From Tetramitus jugosus (lineage: Eukaryota; Protista; Heterolobosea), in contig OW569354.1 in NCBI GenBank assembly GCA_937625935.1, positions 124,001 to 188,000 on the forward strand: a stretch of DNA of 64,000 bases, given 5' to 3'. A program made the translations under genes and the position numbers. The notes beneath the pieces were generated by a model that did not search any database, was not told the DNA's origin, and worked only from the letters and a program-made list of their open reading frames with translations. Below are positions 34,476-46,100 of the stretch, piece by piece; positions within the stretch are counted from its first letter, which is position 1; each line of letters starts with the position of its first letter.

Positions 34476-36584
34476 ATGCTTGAATCTTTTTTTGTGATCC
34501 TTCTCGTGGGAGGTCTCATCGCAGCTCTCTGTCAAATCCTATTTATCAAAGTCAAGAGAAGCTCCACTCGTTTCTCCAAGCCAGTCATTGTCCAACCTAA
34601 GCAAGACTCTGTGGCGAACCGATTGATCATGAGTGCTGATACGACTCATGACTCACCTAGTGCCAACAAAAAAATCAAGACAATTGCTTCGCCGCAAACA
34701 CCAACGACAGATGCAAGTGAGGAGACATTGTTGGGTGGTGGTGGTGGTGGTGGCTTGAGAAAGAGAAGAAGTAGATGCTCTAGCTTGAGTCCTCAACAGC
34801 AATCTCCTCTGTCCTCTCCTTCTTCGATTCTTGCCAAGTCATCAAGCTTATTGAGTTCTTCATCTGCCTCCTCATCTGGTGAGCTTGTTGAAAACAAGAG
34901 CTTAGAGTCACAATCGTTGTACTCACTCAATGTCGATGATGACAATGACATATTTGATGAGAGCGAAATGTGTAATTTGAGCAATCGTGCCTTGACAATG
35001 CTACCAATGGACTTTCAAAAGACTCTCCTTGGAAAGAGTGGCAGTGCATTGGTGGTAAAGTACCTTGATCTCAGTGCCAATCAATTGTCAGTGTTACCTG
35101 CTTGGTTCTTCCAAAATGCTCAACTCAATCAACAGTTGATTCGATTGGATTTGTCTCAAAACAACTTTTTTGAAGTACAGAACGGATTGAGCAAGATGAA
35201 TCACTTGAAATATTTGAATTTGAGTAATAATCGATTGGCACAGTTTCCAACAGCTGTTTTACAGTGTAGTGAGTTGATGAGCTTGGATCTATCTGATAAT
35301 TCAATTGAATTGTTGCCTCGAGATGTGTCTCAATTGCAAAATTTGAGAGAATTAGACATTTCTGACAATTCTTTGTTGAGTTTACCTGAATCAGTCATCG
35401 ACATGAAGAACCTGAACCAATTTTATTTGCAAAACAACAAGTTTATCGACAGTATCCACCATATATTGAGCGAAATGCAAAAGAATAATCCACAGCTGAA
35501 AATATCACAGATGGACACAGAAAAGGAGAAGCGCAAGTCAGGTCCTGTTCGTAGAACAATTGCAAATCGAGTGAAATCAAAGCAAGATCGTCTTCATGCC
35601 CTCAAAGAATTGCTCAAGAGCGAGAAGCAGTACTGCTTCTTTTTGAATGTGATGTACAATGAATTTTACAAACAACTCACCTTGAGAGCAGATAGCAATT
35701 GCACTCTAGATTTTAGCAAAGTGGAACTCGCCGACGATATCAAGAAGGCAATGTTTCCTACTGGCTTGGCAGCTATTGTGAACTTTAATTTGCAGTTGCT
35801 TGCAGAAATTGAGAAATGCATCAAGGTGGATAACGATGAAATATTGGATAAGAGTGAAGTAGGAAATGTGTTTATTGAGAGAGCTGCATTCTTCAAGGTG
35901 TACAGCAATTATATTTCTGGATATCACTCTGCGCACCGACTTTTGATGAAAACTATCAATGAGAATGAAGAGTTCGCAAAGGTGATTCAAAAGGGCCGCT
36001 CGCTGCCTGGAGTTAATGGAATTGATCTTCCTAGTTTGTTGATTATGCCAATTCAGCGTATTCCTCGCTATGTACTCCTGTTGAAGGCTATTGCGGAAAA
36101 CACAGATTCATTCCATCCAGACTTCAAATCATTGAACAAAGCAATTGAATTGATGTCCGACAATGCTACCTATGTCAACAAAAAGATTGCTGAGGCTGCC
36201 AATTTACGAAAGGTGATGGATATTCAACAAGAATTGAATTTCCAGGATCTTGTGGCACCTCACAGGACCTTTGTCAAGGAAGGCAACCTTCATTTGAGAA
36301 AAACTGGCCAAGATATCACGCAAGAAAGTCAAGTCAAACTCTTCTTGTTCAATGACCTGTTGATCATCACCGAATTCAAGCTCCTTTATGCTTTGTTTGG
36401 AGACTTTATTCGCAGATATGAGCTTGACCAAGTGGAACTGCAGAACTGCACAGAAGAGAACGAGTTCGATCTTGTTGTGCCAAGCTTTGACAAGTCATAC
36501 AGAATTCGTGCCAACAACAGCACAGAAAAGAGCGCATGGTTCAATTCCATTCAAAAGTACATTGAAGAAAGTACTGTCGAGTAA
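34476..36584 (+). CDS. N-terminal TM + LRR + RhoGEF (DH) + PH protein
   Basis: LRRs (LDLSANQL, LNLSNNRL), DH ELLKSEKQY and LLIMPIQRIPRYVLLL, PH FVKEG..LFLFNDLLII..EKSAW. Confidence 0.9.
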   Translation: MLESFFVILLVGGLIAALCQILFIKVKRSSTRFSKPVIVQPKQDSVANRLIMSADTTHDSPSANKKIKTIASPQTPTTDASEETLLGGGGGGGLRKRRSRCSSLSPQQQSPLSSPSSILAKSSSLLSSSSASSSGELVENKSLESQSLYSLNVDDDNDIFDESEMCNLSNRALTMLPMDFQKTLLGKSGSALVVKYLDLSANQLSVLPAWFFQNAQLNQQLIRLDLSQNNFFEVQNGLSKMNHLKYLNLSNNRLAQFPTAVLQCSELMSLDLSDNSIELLPRDVSQLQNLRELDISDNSLLSLPESVIDMKNLNQFYLQNNKFIDSIHHILSEMQKNNPQLKISQMDTEKEKRKSGPVRRTIANRVKSKQDRLHALKELLKSEKQYCFFLNVMYNEFYKQLTLRADSNCTLDFSKVELADDIKKAMFPTGLAAIVNFNLQLLAEIEKCIKVDNDEILDKSEVGNVFIERAAFFKVYSNYISGYHSAHRLLMKTINENEEFAKVIQKGRSLPGVNGIDLPSLLIMPIQRIPRYVLLLKAIAENTDSFHPDFKSLNKAIELMSDNATYVNKKIAEAANLRKVMDIQQELNFQDLVAPHRTFVKEGNLHLRKTGQDITQESQVKLFLFNDLLIITEFKLLYALFGDFIRRYELDQVELQNCTEENEFDLVVPSFDKSYRIRANNSTEKSAWFNSIQKYIEESTVE

Positions 36585-36755
36585 ACAACAAAGACATTAT
36601 TGCAAGTATTCAATACAACAGGTTGTTTTAACGCCAATGTTTTCTCCGACGTTGTAAAAATTTTGGTTCGGATAATTACCGACCGACAAGCAACAAAAAC
36701 ACAAAAGACAAAAAGCTTTTTTTCACGCGTGCCACATTTTCACATTAAGCCAATC

Positions 36756-37412
36756 ATGCAAGCTTCAGTCAAGAGATTTTTGCTCCAACAATCCGCAACA
36801 TCACACAGAGCTCTCTTATGCAACAGCAATACCAGCAGATGTCTCTTGAATACTACTCCTTATCACAACAACAATAACAATAACAACAGTCATCGCCTCT
36901 TCCACATTGCTCATCCAAGCTTGTTCAATGCATCACCAATAACTCCATCTACAGCTGAAGCTACGACCACTACCACATCTACCACATCTACTCCATCATC
37001 AACATCGACCACTACCACCACTACATCAGCATCAGCAGAGCAATTGAAGGCTCGCGGTAGAATCTTGTTCATTACGTTGGCCAATTCTCGTTTCCACAAG
37101 AGCAAGCATTTGACTGAGGCATTCAAGGTGTTGGGACTCAAATTGATCAATCAAACTGTTGTTCACAAGGACACACCATCGATTCGCGGTCTCGTTTTCC
37201 GTGTGAGAAATTTTGTGACTGTGGAGAGCGTTTCCACTGCAGAATTGTTCCCAGAAGGCACTGAACATATTCAAGTCGAGAGAAAGAGCAGATCGGACAT
37301 GAGAAAGGAATGGGTCGCACAAAAGAAGGAACAACGCCACAACACTGCTGCTCATTTGGAAGAGGCTGAGAGAGTCGTTGCAGAGTACAAGCGAAAACAA
37401 CAACAACAATAA
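36756..37412 (+). CDS. Mitochondrial ribosomal protein uL30m-like
   Basis: Presequence-like N-terminus; ITLANS...VLGLKLINQTVVHKDTPSIRGLVFRVRNFVTVE matches the L30 fold. Confidence 0.8.
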   Translation: MQASVKRFLLQQSATSHRALLCNSNTSRCLLNTTPYHNNNNNNNSHRLFHIAHPSLFNASPITPSTAEATTTTTSTTSTPSSTSTTTTTTSASAEQLKARGRILFITLANSRFHKSKHLTEAFKVLGLKLINQTVVHKDTPSIRGLVFRVRNFVTVESVSTAELFPEGTEHIQVERKSRSDMRKEWVAQKKEQRHNTAAHLEEAERVVAEYKRKQQQQ

Positions 37413-37470
37413 ATGCATAAGGAAATCAATTTAAAATAAATAAACAACGTTTTTACATCAAAAATTTTTC

Positions 37471-39486
37471 TTAGTTTATTCTTGCTTTGAAATAGTGAGC
37501 ATTTCTTCTGCTCCCTTGTTCTTCTTCCTCATCGTCGTCTGACTCATCAGATTCTTCATCACTGCTGCTTTCATCGTCTGTATATTCTTCCCTGCTATCT
37601 TCTTCTTCATCTTGTTCGCTATCCCCCTCTTCATAGTCACTGTCATCATCATCCTCGTCATCACTATCATAGGAATGCTTTCTTCCACGTGCATGACCTT
37701 CTTTGTCATCTTCCTCTTCCTCTTCTTCATCCTCTTCCTCATCTTCATCGTGAATTGATCTAAAATCAAATCCGCCCAGAGAACATGGGTTGGGGCTTGC
37801 AGGTGACAACAAATCACTGAGATAGTCGACAGAGCTAGCGGTCGATGCGTTGGCACCTGATTTTCTTTTTAGATCCGATATCTCCACTTCATCCTCGCGA
37901 GGAGAATGGACCTTTGATGGTGATGGGAGACGACTAACGTTATTTGAGTGATTGTTTTCTCGGTCGTTTTCATCGTCGTATTCCGTGCCCAAATCACCTA
38001 ACAAGTGCTTTCGACATGCGTGATACGCACTGTCACTGTGGCGAACATCGAACATGTTTTGGGTCTTTTGACACGTGCTATTGGCCAAGAAACAGCACTG
38101 TGGATCCGCGTAGGTCACCTGTTGATCCTTACCACTGGAGAAGAATGAAAAGGAGCCACTTTGATTGAAGATGGGCAGACAAAACAGGAAGGAAATGCCA
38201 GGACAGCAATGTTCTTCACCGAGTCGTGCAGACAAGAGTTGATTGACTTGAGGCTTGAGAATCGAGTGAACGCACAGTGGTAGACCATCAAACGTCCACG
38301 AAGTAACACAGTACATGCGTGTAACAGAGGGTAATGAACCACCATAGGGAATCAAATCTTGCTTGTACACTGTAATTTCATCCAATGTGTACAACTCGTT
38401 CAACAATAGGGAACAAGTTTCATCATCCAAATGCTTCAGTATGGTTTCACTGTCCATCATTTGAATCATGATGTCTTCTTGCTTGGGCTCTTTGTTTTGT
38501 TGAGCAAAGGACTCATAGTCATCATCATCACAATCATCGCAATCTTGTTCCTCATAGTTTTCCTCATCTTCATCCTCGTCATCATCATCATCATTGGTGC
38601 CACAATTATGCCACGATTCTTCTTCATCTTCATGGTCATCATCATGGTCATCGTCATATTCTTCTTCTTCTTCATCATCATCATAATCAGAGGAGGATGA
38701 TTGATTGAATGGATCATCTTGATGTGGTTCTTGTTGTTCTTGTTGTGCCAAAATCTGAGCAAACAATCGCATTTGAGTCTCATTGTTGATGCACATGCGT
38801 TTCACTCGTCCAATATACTTTTTGGGCTCTCTGCTGTTGGCTGCTCTGCCCTTCTCCACATGGAGCAATCTCAAGTATTCTGACATGATCCTAGAGACAT
38901 GCTCAGGTTCTTCCTTACTGAACCAAAACATGGTCGATTGATGTGCATTAGAGCAGGGACTTGTGGCTGGAGTTGGCAACAGTGATTTTGGTTGTGGGAA
39001 CACTCTCCTTTGCGTCACTGGCGGAGTATATGGATTACTCGGAGAAAAACAATTTTTGCCCGATGGAGGAGAAATTAAGAGGGAGATTCGAGAAGAGAGA
39101 GATTCAACGATCGTTGGTGTGGAAACACCTTCATCTTCACAATCAGTGGTGCTCACCTTGTCACAACACGAGGGCACGTGCTTGTGTTCACTGTGGAACG
39201 TTTCAATTCGCAACGATTGAAATTTGTTGTTGTTATTGGAACAACTCATCATTGTTGATTGTTGTTGCAGTTGCTCTGTAATCGTTTTCACGATGGCTTC
39301 TTGTTGAGCATTATTATTATTATTATTATTATTTGTATTGTTATTGTTGATTTGTTGAGAGAGTAATGTAGTTGTTTCTCTCTTGTTGTTACCAGTCACA
39401 CAACAAGTCATTTCCTTGTGTGTTGCTGTTGCTGTTGAGTATTGTAGTTTGTTCATTTTGTTGTTGTTGTTGGAATAAGTTATCAT
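37471..39486 (-). CDS. Hypothetical protein with N/Q and D/E tracts and a Cys-rich central domain
   Basis: Long intact ORF; start codon uncertain (39486 or 39456). Confidence 0.7.
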   Translation of the reverse strand: MITYSNNNNKMNKLQYSTATATHKEMTCCVTGNNKRETTTLLSQQINNNNTNNNNNNNNAQQEAIVKTITEQLQQQSTMMSCSNNNNKFQSLRIETFHSEHKHVPSCCDKVSTTDCEDEGVSTPTIVESLSSRISLLISPPSGKNCFSPSNPYTPPVTQRRVFPQPKSLLPTPATSPCSNAHQSTMFWFSKEEPEHVSRIMSEYLRLLHVEKGRAANSREPKKYIGRVKRMCINNETQMRLFAQILAQQEQQEPHQDDPFNQSSSSDYDDDEEEEEYDDDHDDDHEDEEESWHNCGTNDDDDDEDEDEENYEEQDCDDCDDDDYESFAQQNKEPKQEDIMIQMMDSETILKHLDDETCSLLLNELYTLDEITVYKQDLIPYGGSLPSVTRMYCVTSWTFDGLPLCVHSILKPQVNQLLSARLGEEHCCPGISFLFCLPIFNQSGSFSFFSSGKDQQVTYADPQCCFLANSTCQKTQNMFDVRHSDSAYHACRKHLLGDLGTEYDDENDRENNHSNNVSRLPSPSKVHSPREDEVEISDLKRKSGANASTASSVDYLSDLLSPASPNPCSLGGFDFRSIHDEDEEEDEEEEEEDDKEGHARGRKHSYDSDDEDDDDSDYEEGDSEQDEEEDSREEYTDDESSSDEESDESDDDEEEEQGSRRNAHYFKARIN

Positions 39487-40083
39487 GGTTGTTATTGTTG
39501 TTGCAGTAGTCAAATATTTGTGGTAAAGTTTGAATTGAAAAAGACATTGTCAAATGTTTTGTTTTGGATCACAAATGCAAAAGGGAAAAGCTATTGGAGA
39601 GAGTAGTAGGTAATTGTTTGTTTGTTGTTACGGTTTGATTTTGTTGTTGAGAGTCAAATCAATTCTTAGTGTTGTTGAGTGTTCATATTTTCAAAAGAAA
39701 AGTGTGTGTGAATGAACGACAGCTATGTGAAAGGTTGAATGTGGTGGTGGTAGTGGGTAAGGATAATAGGTAATGGGGTTGTGTGTGGAGGTATGTTGTT
39801 GTGGATTTGTGGAAGATGGTTGTGTGAGGTTTTGGTCTCTCAAACTAGTGCAGTGTAGCTCTCTCGGTTCGTAACGTTAGCTTTTGTGTGCTTTTTCTTT
39901 CGCTTTTTTTTGTTCACGAATGCGCACGCAATCTAGAGGGACGCGGTGGGTAGGAATGATTGACAACATGTGAAGAACGAGGGCGCAACTTGACCTGCCG
40001 GAAAAGAGGAGAATTTTTTGGAGAGCTACAACTTTTTTGTAACGTTGGAACTTGAAGAAATAGTGACAAAAAGAACCTGGAGT

Positions 40084-41082
40084 TTATTTTCTCAGGCTCT
40101 TCAATACTCTCAGCACGATTTTACCTACGGCTGCTCTGGATTCAATTTCTTGATGGGCTAGTTTTACATCTTGCAAGTTGAAGGACTTGTGGATGTTCAC
40201 CTTGAGCTCGCCCGAGGCAACCCATCTGAATAAATCCTGAGCTCTACGATCTGTTTCCTCCTCTGTTACAGTGAAATCAACGAGCGAAGGGCGGGTCATT
40301 CTGATAGATCCATACTTTGTTAGCAACAGAGGATCCACTGGTGGCACAGGACCAGAGGCATTTCCAAAGAATACAACATCACCTCTTCTGCCTACACTCT
40401 TCATACTTTGTTCCCAGGTTGATGCACCAACACCATCGTACACCACGTTGACACCACTTGGTACAATCTTTCGAACTTCATCACTCACCACAACACCAGA
40501 CTTGGAGTAAACAATCGTGTGAGTCGCACCAAAATTCTTTGCTAATGTAGCCTTTTCTTCGCTTCCAACTGTTCCAATAATGTTCTTTGCTCCCTTGATA
40601 CGACAAATCTGAGTAATGAGCTGACCTGTGCCTCCAGCAGCGGCATGCACCAACACAGAGCTCTCTTTGGACACTGGATGACAATCATGAACCAAGTAGT
40701 GAGCAGTCATTCCATTGACCATGCATGCTACAGCACTATCCAATGGAACATTATCAGGTATCTTAACAACCTTATCTGCACCGACAGCCACGTACTCTGC
40801 ATAACATCCTCTTCCATAGACACCAACACGATCACCAACCTTTACATTCTTGACAGAGTCACCGACATTGGTGACTACACCAGTAGCATCACTACCAAGA
40901 GTGAAAGGATACTTATCAGCCTTGTACAAACCATTTCTAAAGTAAGTGTCAATAAAGTTCACACTGGAATAGTGTACTTGGACGATGACTTGATTGGGAG
41001 AAGTGATGATAGGCTTGGGTGCATCAGTTACAAACTTGAGAACGTCGATCCCTCCTGTTTCTTCGATTACGACAGCTTCCAT
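40084..41082 (-). CDS. NADPH:quinone oxidoreductase (zeta-crystallin/MDR family)
   Basis: VNFIDTYFRNGLY, GMTAHYL, LVHAAAGGTG, VVYDGVG, FGNASG. Confidence 0.93.
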   Translation of the reverse strand: MEAVVIEETGGIDVLKFVTDAPKPIITSPNQVIVQVHYSSVNFIDTYFRNGLYKADKYPFTLGSDATGVVTNVGDSVKNVKVGDRVGVYGRGCYAEYVAVGADKVVKIPDNVPLDSAVACMVNGMTAHYLVHDCHPVSKESSVLVHAAAGGTGQLITQICRIKGAKNIIGTVGSEEKATLAKNFGATHTIVYSKSGVVVSDEVRKIVPSGVNVVYDGVGASTWEQSMKSVGRRGDVVFFGNASGPVPPVDPLLLTKYGSIRMTRPSLVDFTVTEEETDRRAQDLFRWVASGELKVNIHKSFNLQDVKLAHQEIESRAAVGKIVLRVLKSLRK

Positions 41083-41385
41083 TGTGTACAATTGTTGATC
41101 TGTGTTGATGTGTTTCGACTTGTTGTTTTGATCAACGAGGCAAACGGACTTTGTTCGGATCATCATCCAGAAACCTTTTGTCCGCATTGACATAATTACA
41201 ATGAGCAATTTCAAGGAAATTCTGATTGCGCACAGACAGAAGCTTACTTGTGCATTTTGCCAGATCAAGAGAGGTATTTGACAATGTGCCGAATGAGAAA
41301 AAATGGTTTTATCAAGTTCAGCTCTCAGAAAAAAAAATGCATCACAAAAGTTTTTTTTGCGAGCAAAAACAAGTGAAGCACCATC

Positions 41386-42862
41386 ATGAGTTACGCATTT
41401 GATGAAGATTATAATCACCCAGCCGCCAGACTGGTGCGCTACATTGCCAGAGCTTTCTTTGATGATCTATCGATTGTCATCTTGGACAAGCTACTAGAAG
41501 TCTATGAGTACGTATCCAGCCATTATTGATTGATGTCAAGAAATGATCATTTTGATCAAGTCAAATACTGTTTGATTTTCAAATGAAAACTCACACTTGA
41601 AACATTTTTTTTTTGACATGACACCAATTAGGGTCAAGGAAAGTGATTTGGCAAACATGTTGCACGTGCCTCAAAAAGATGTGATCAAAGCTTTGGGTAA
41701 CTTGAAGTCGTATCATGTTGTGGGTAGTTTTGCAGGAGCGACCAATGTGACCTATGTGACCAAGGATCAAGTCACTGGTCAAACGAGAAACATTATCAAG
41801 AGTGCAGTCAAGAAGGGAGGCAACATGTGGTTCATTGATTTCAAGGTGTTTCATGATGCGACAAAACTTCGCATGCATTACATGAGGGAACTCTGTCAGA
41901 AAAGGTCAGAAGTGGAAACAAGATATGCCTGCACGAATTCTAATTGTGGACTAGAGTACGATGAGATGGAATTGATGAATATTACGGATATGAATACTGG
42001 TATGGTGAATTGTAGTCGGTGTGGAAGTGAAGTGGATCTGATTTCTTCAACAACCGATGGAGAAGATGATGAGTCACCAATCAAGAAATTTGAGAGACAA
42101 ATGAAGCGAATTATTGATTGCTTGGATGAGATGAAAACAATGGTGATACCATCAGATATGGTAGCCAGACGAAAAGCTTCTTCTATTCTAACGAGAGAAG
42201 AGGCCAACCAGGAGAAGTACGAAAGAGAGAGGCAGATGCAGAGAGAGCAGACAATGGGTGGACACAGCGCTGGTGGATCCAAGCAAAGTAGACCAGCTCT
42301 CGGTGGTTTGGGAAGTACAGGTCACGGTGGTCAACTGAATCAAGGATTTAGAACGGGCAATCATCAGGCAAGCGCTGATGGACGTACAATTATTGTTCGC
42401 GAAGATGAAGAAGAGTCAGAGGATGAGTATGCCGATGTTGGAACACCAAAGGAAACGAGAGATAGTAGTTCTACCTTTGGACCCTTGCCTGACTTTTTGC
42501 TCGCAGATTCACACATTAACAGACAGGAAGAAGAAGAGAGGCGATTGCTACAGGAACAAGCTCAACAAAGAAAGAGACAGGAGCAGATCTTTGAACAAAC
42601 ATACAATACTTTATTGCATGGACATACACCAAGCGGTGAAAGTGCATCGCCTGCAGAAGTTGTAGAAGAAGAGGAAGCACCAGTTGAATCTGAACAGAAT
42701 CAGGAAAATAACGGTGCAGAGATCGTTTATGTACTTGTATCAGGTACTTCAATACCCATCGATCACATTACACCTGCCGAAATTAGCAACATGACTGATG
42801 AGGAGTACTCGGACTATTGTTCTAAAAGACAAACCTTGGGATTGGATGATGAATGGTTGTAA
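41386..42862 (+). CDS. GTF2E1: TFIIE alpha subunit; 2 exons (intron 41508-41631)
   Basis: Exon 1 ARLVRYIARAFFDD..IVILDKL; winged helix; Zn ribbon YACTNSNC..CSRCGSEV; C-terminal MTDEEYSDY. Confidence 0.85.
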
Positions 42863-43165
42863 ACTGGTAAAACTGAACAATCTTCTATTCCCCTTTTATA
42901 CAAGTTTTACTTTTCGATTATCGGATCCGACTTCCCGCTCTTCTTTTCGCCAAAAAAGAAGCAGTGTCGTGGTAGGAATCCTTGTCAATTATTCTTCGAC
43001 TCGTTAATCATTTGCCCAAGACAGACCGAGGACACTCAAACAAAATACCCAAGCTCTTCACACTCTCTCTTGAAAAAACCACGTAAGACAACTCCTGAGG
43101 AAATTTTATTTAGTTCAACTCTTTGTGTCCCAGAGTCCCAATTATTGGCTTAGTGTTGCGCGATC

Positions 43166-46100
43166 ATGAAAACATCGACAACGAAAAACAACAATACCAC
43201 GACAACCATACCACCAACCGCAACAACGGCGACTGCACCATCATCGGCAACGACAACAGCGTCACTTACTACACCTATTATCATCACGAATAACAAAATT
43301 GCTACAATGGAGGAGCGAAAACGGAGGAGAGCAGAAACCTTGGAGTTGCCTCCCGATGCTGTCACAGCTGAACGTCGTGGCAGCAACTCTAGAAAGTCAG
43401 TGTCTACGATATTTGGTTCGTTGCACATGTCGAAGGCAAACAAGACTCCCACTGGCACAGACTATGAAGATGATGAAAGAACAGATCCAGACAATTGTCG
43501 TGATGTGAGTCCACTGCCGTGTCATCATGATTCGTCGCCTTTATTGAGATCGGCAATGACAAGCTCCATGGAGTCATCATCATCGTTAGTGTCTTCTCAC
43601 GATGATATTTTGGAGTGGGCTGAGAAAACTTTGAAACAGTATAATGATCAGAGAGCGACTGATGAATTGGCCACGTTTTCTCATTGGTTCACTTGGCGGT
43701 ATTTAACTTTTTTCTTGGCTCTTTTTGTATTGATATTTTCGGTGCTTGTATTGGTGAGTGATGATCCTGGCCAGGTTGATGCTCATTTGGATGGAAAAGC
43801 AAAGTACACATGCACAAGTTTAGTGTTCATATTTGCATTGTTGTTGATAACTGATATCAATAATTGTTATCAGCAAATTAGTCAGTTGAAGCAACAAGTG
43901 TGCATGGTGGTTTGCTTTGTGAATGGAATTGCTCTTTTTACTGTACGTGTGATCGATTGTTGTCGATTAGAATATTTGAACTTTGTACGTTATTTGGGCA
44001 GTAGTTTTTATGATTGACACATACAATGTATTGATTGACTATAGAATGTTTGCCTGCAATTTCATTGGACTCCAGTACTCGCGGACTGCTTTGGTCGATC
44101 GCTTTATCCCATTCGATGTATGTATGATAATTTAATTGCTTTAAGTGCATGGTATCTAATTTCGTTTCTTACGTTACAATAGATTTAGAATGGACATTTA
44201 CGACACCGTGCCTACTGTTTTTGATTCATCGGTTAGTTTTTTCAATGAGATTTCCAGGAAAAACACATGGCCTGGACAAGAGCTTGGTGACATTGTTGCT
44301 TTGTGAGATTGCTATGCTTATTACAGGATTTTTGGGATCTTATTTGTCGAATCCATTGATGAGATTGTTGAGCATTATTCTCTCATTCGTGTTCTTTATG
44401 CCAGTAGTGTTGATATTGAATTATGAAATCCAAGATTGCCTCAATGGTTTGACTGCCAAGTTCTATGGCTCTGTACAAAGTTTACAATTTTTGCGCATTG
44501 TAATATTTTTGACATGGTCATCATTCCCAGTTGTATGGCTCATCTCTGCTATGGATCTAATTTCAATTGAGAATGAAGCGGTTGCGTATGGACTTTGTGA
44601 TCTGGGTGCAAAGTTCTGTCTATCAGTGCTGCTCGTCAGTGGTAACTTTGCAGTGTTGGATCACATGGATATAGTTCAAAGGATTCGAATTACAGAGGAT
44701 AATCGAAGACTGGGTGCAATGAATAGAAAGGTTGAACTGGATTCCAGGCTTCAGAGAAATTTTTTTGCAATTAGTGCACATGAGCTACGTACTCCATTGA
44801 ACTCTATTATCGTGTTTAACGAATTGGTGTTGGATATGGAGACTGCTCCTTTGAAGCAAGAGTATCTTCTCTCATCATTAACTTCAGCCAAAGCTTTGCT
44901 GTCAGTCATTAACAATGTATTAGATTTCACAAAGTATGAGTCGGGAGATTGGGAGCTCGATAATACCGAGTTCCATTTGTATCAACTGTTGGACGATGTG
45001 ATCGATATTGTATCTGCTCGTGTGAGTCGCGAGAGTATTCATTTGGAAGTCACTTGTACCAGTTGCAGAGATAAGCTTCTGTTTGCTGATATGACCCGTC
45101 TCAGACAAGTATTGCTCAATCTCGTGAGTAACGCTATTAAATTTAGCAAACAGGGATCAGACATCTATTTGGATGTTCACTTAGTTTCCGAGTCCGAAGA
45201 TTCCATCGAGCTCGAATTTGCCGTAATTGATCAGGGTGTCGGTATGGCTCCTGATAGCCTCGAGAGAATATTTCATCCATTTTTCCAAGTGAGTGAGACT
45301 TCTCACAAGCAGGACGGCACTGGGTTGGGTCTCGTTATTTGTAAGAGTATTGTTGGAAAAATGAATGGTGATATTGATGTGAAATCGACAGTTGATTATG
45401 GCTCAGAGTTCAGTTTCCGAATTCCAGTCAAGAAGGTTCGAGAGGCTGATTACTACCTCGAGTTTGAACAGGGAAAGATTGACAGAACTCTCATCATTAC
45501 TCCAAGAGTCGTATTTGGAGAGTTTCTTGGTGATTTACTCGTTGACTGGGGATCGGGCAAAGTTGAAATAATAAGCGATGTCCCACCAGATCACAAGTTG
45601 GGCGACTATAATCTCATTGTTGTCGATATCAGCACTGCCAGCTGGTGTGAAAGACCTGATTTTGAGAGATTAGCGAAAGGATATCAGACCAATTGTCTCT
45701 TTTTGATTCCCTTGATGGAAACAGAAAACATAGCAAAGCTTGTGTCTGTGAAACAGATTCTATCGAAGCCGATGAAGTTTTCCTCTCTGTATAACGCTAT
45801 TTCCCATCTGAAGGACAAGACAAGACGTCCTAATAGCAGTAACCATCAAGACAGCATCTTGCAAAATAACTATAATCCCTCAAAGAAAGATTTTAGGATC
45901 TTGATTGTTGAGGATAATCAAACGAACCAAAAGGTGGCAATGGCTATTCTTGCCAGAGAGGGATATTCTTACCATTTAGCAACCAATGGCTTTGAAGCAA
46001 TCGAAAAGGTTGGACAGAATAATTATGATGTCATGTATGTAACTCTTTTTATCCCCACACATCAATTTGAAAACTCACCCATCGTCTTTGACAGTTTAAT

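Noticed and set aside
41083-41418. N-terminal extensions from non-ATG starts in the ORF track (QOR; also uL30m, CoA-transferase, ZNF598)
   Set aside because: They cover promoter/UTR sequence; homology begins at downstream ATGs.
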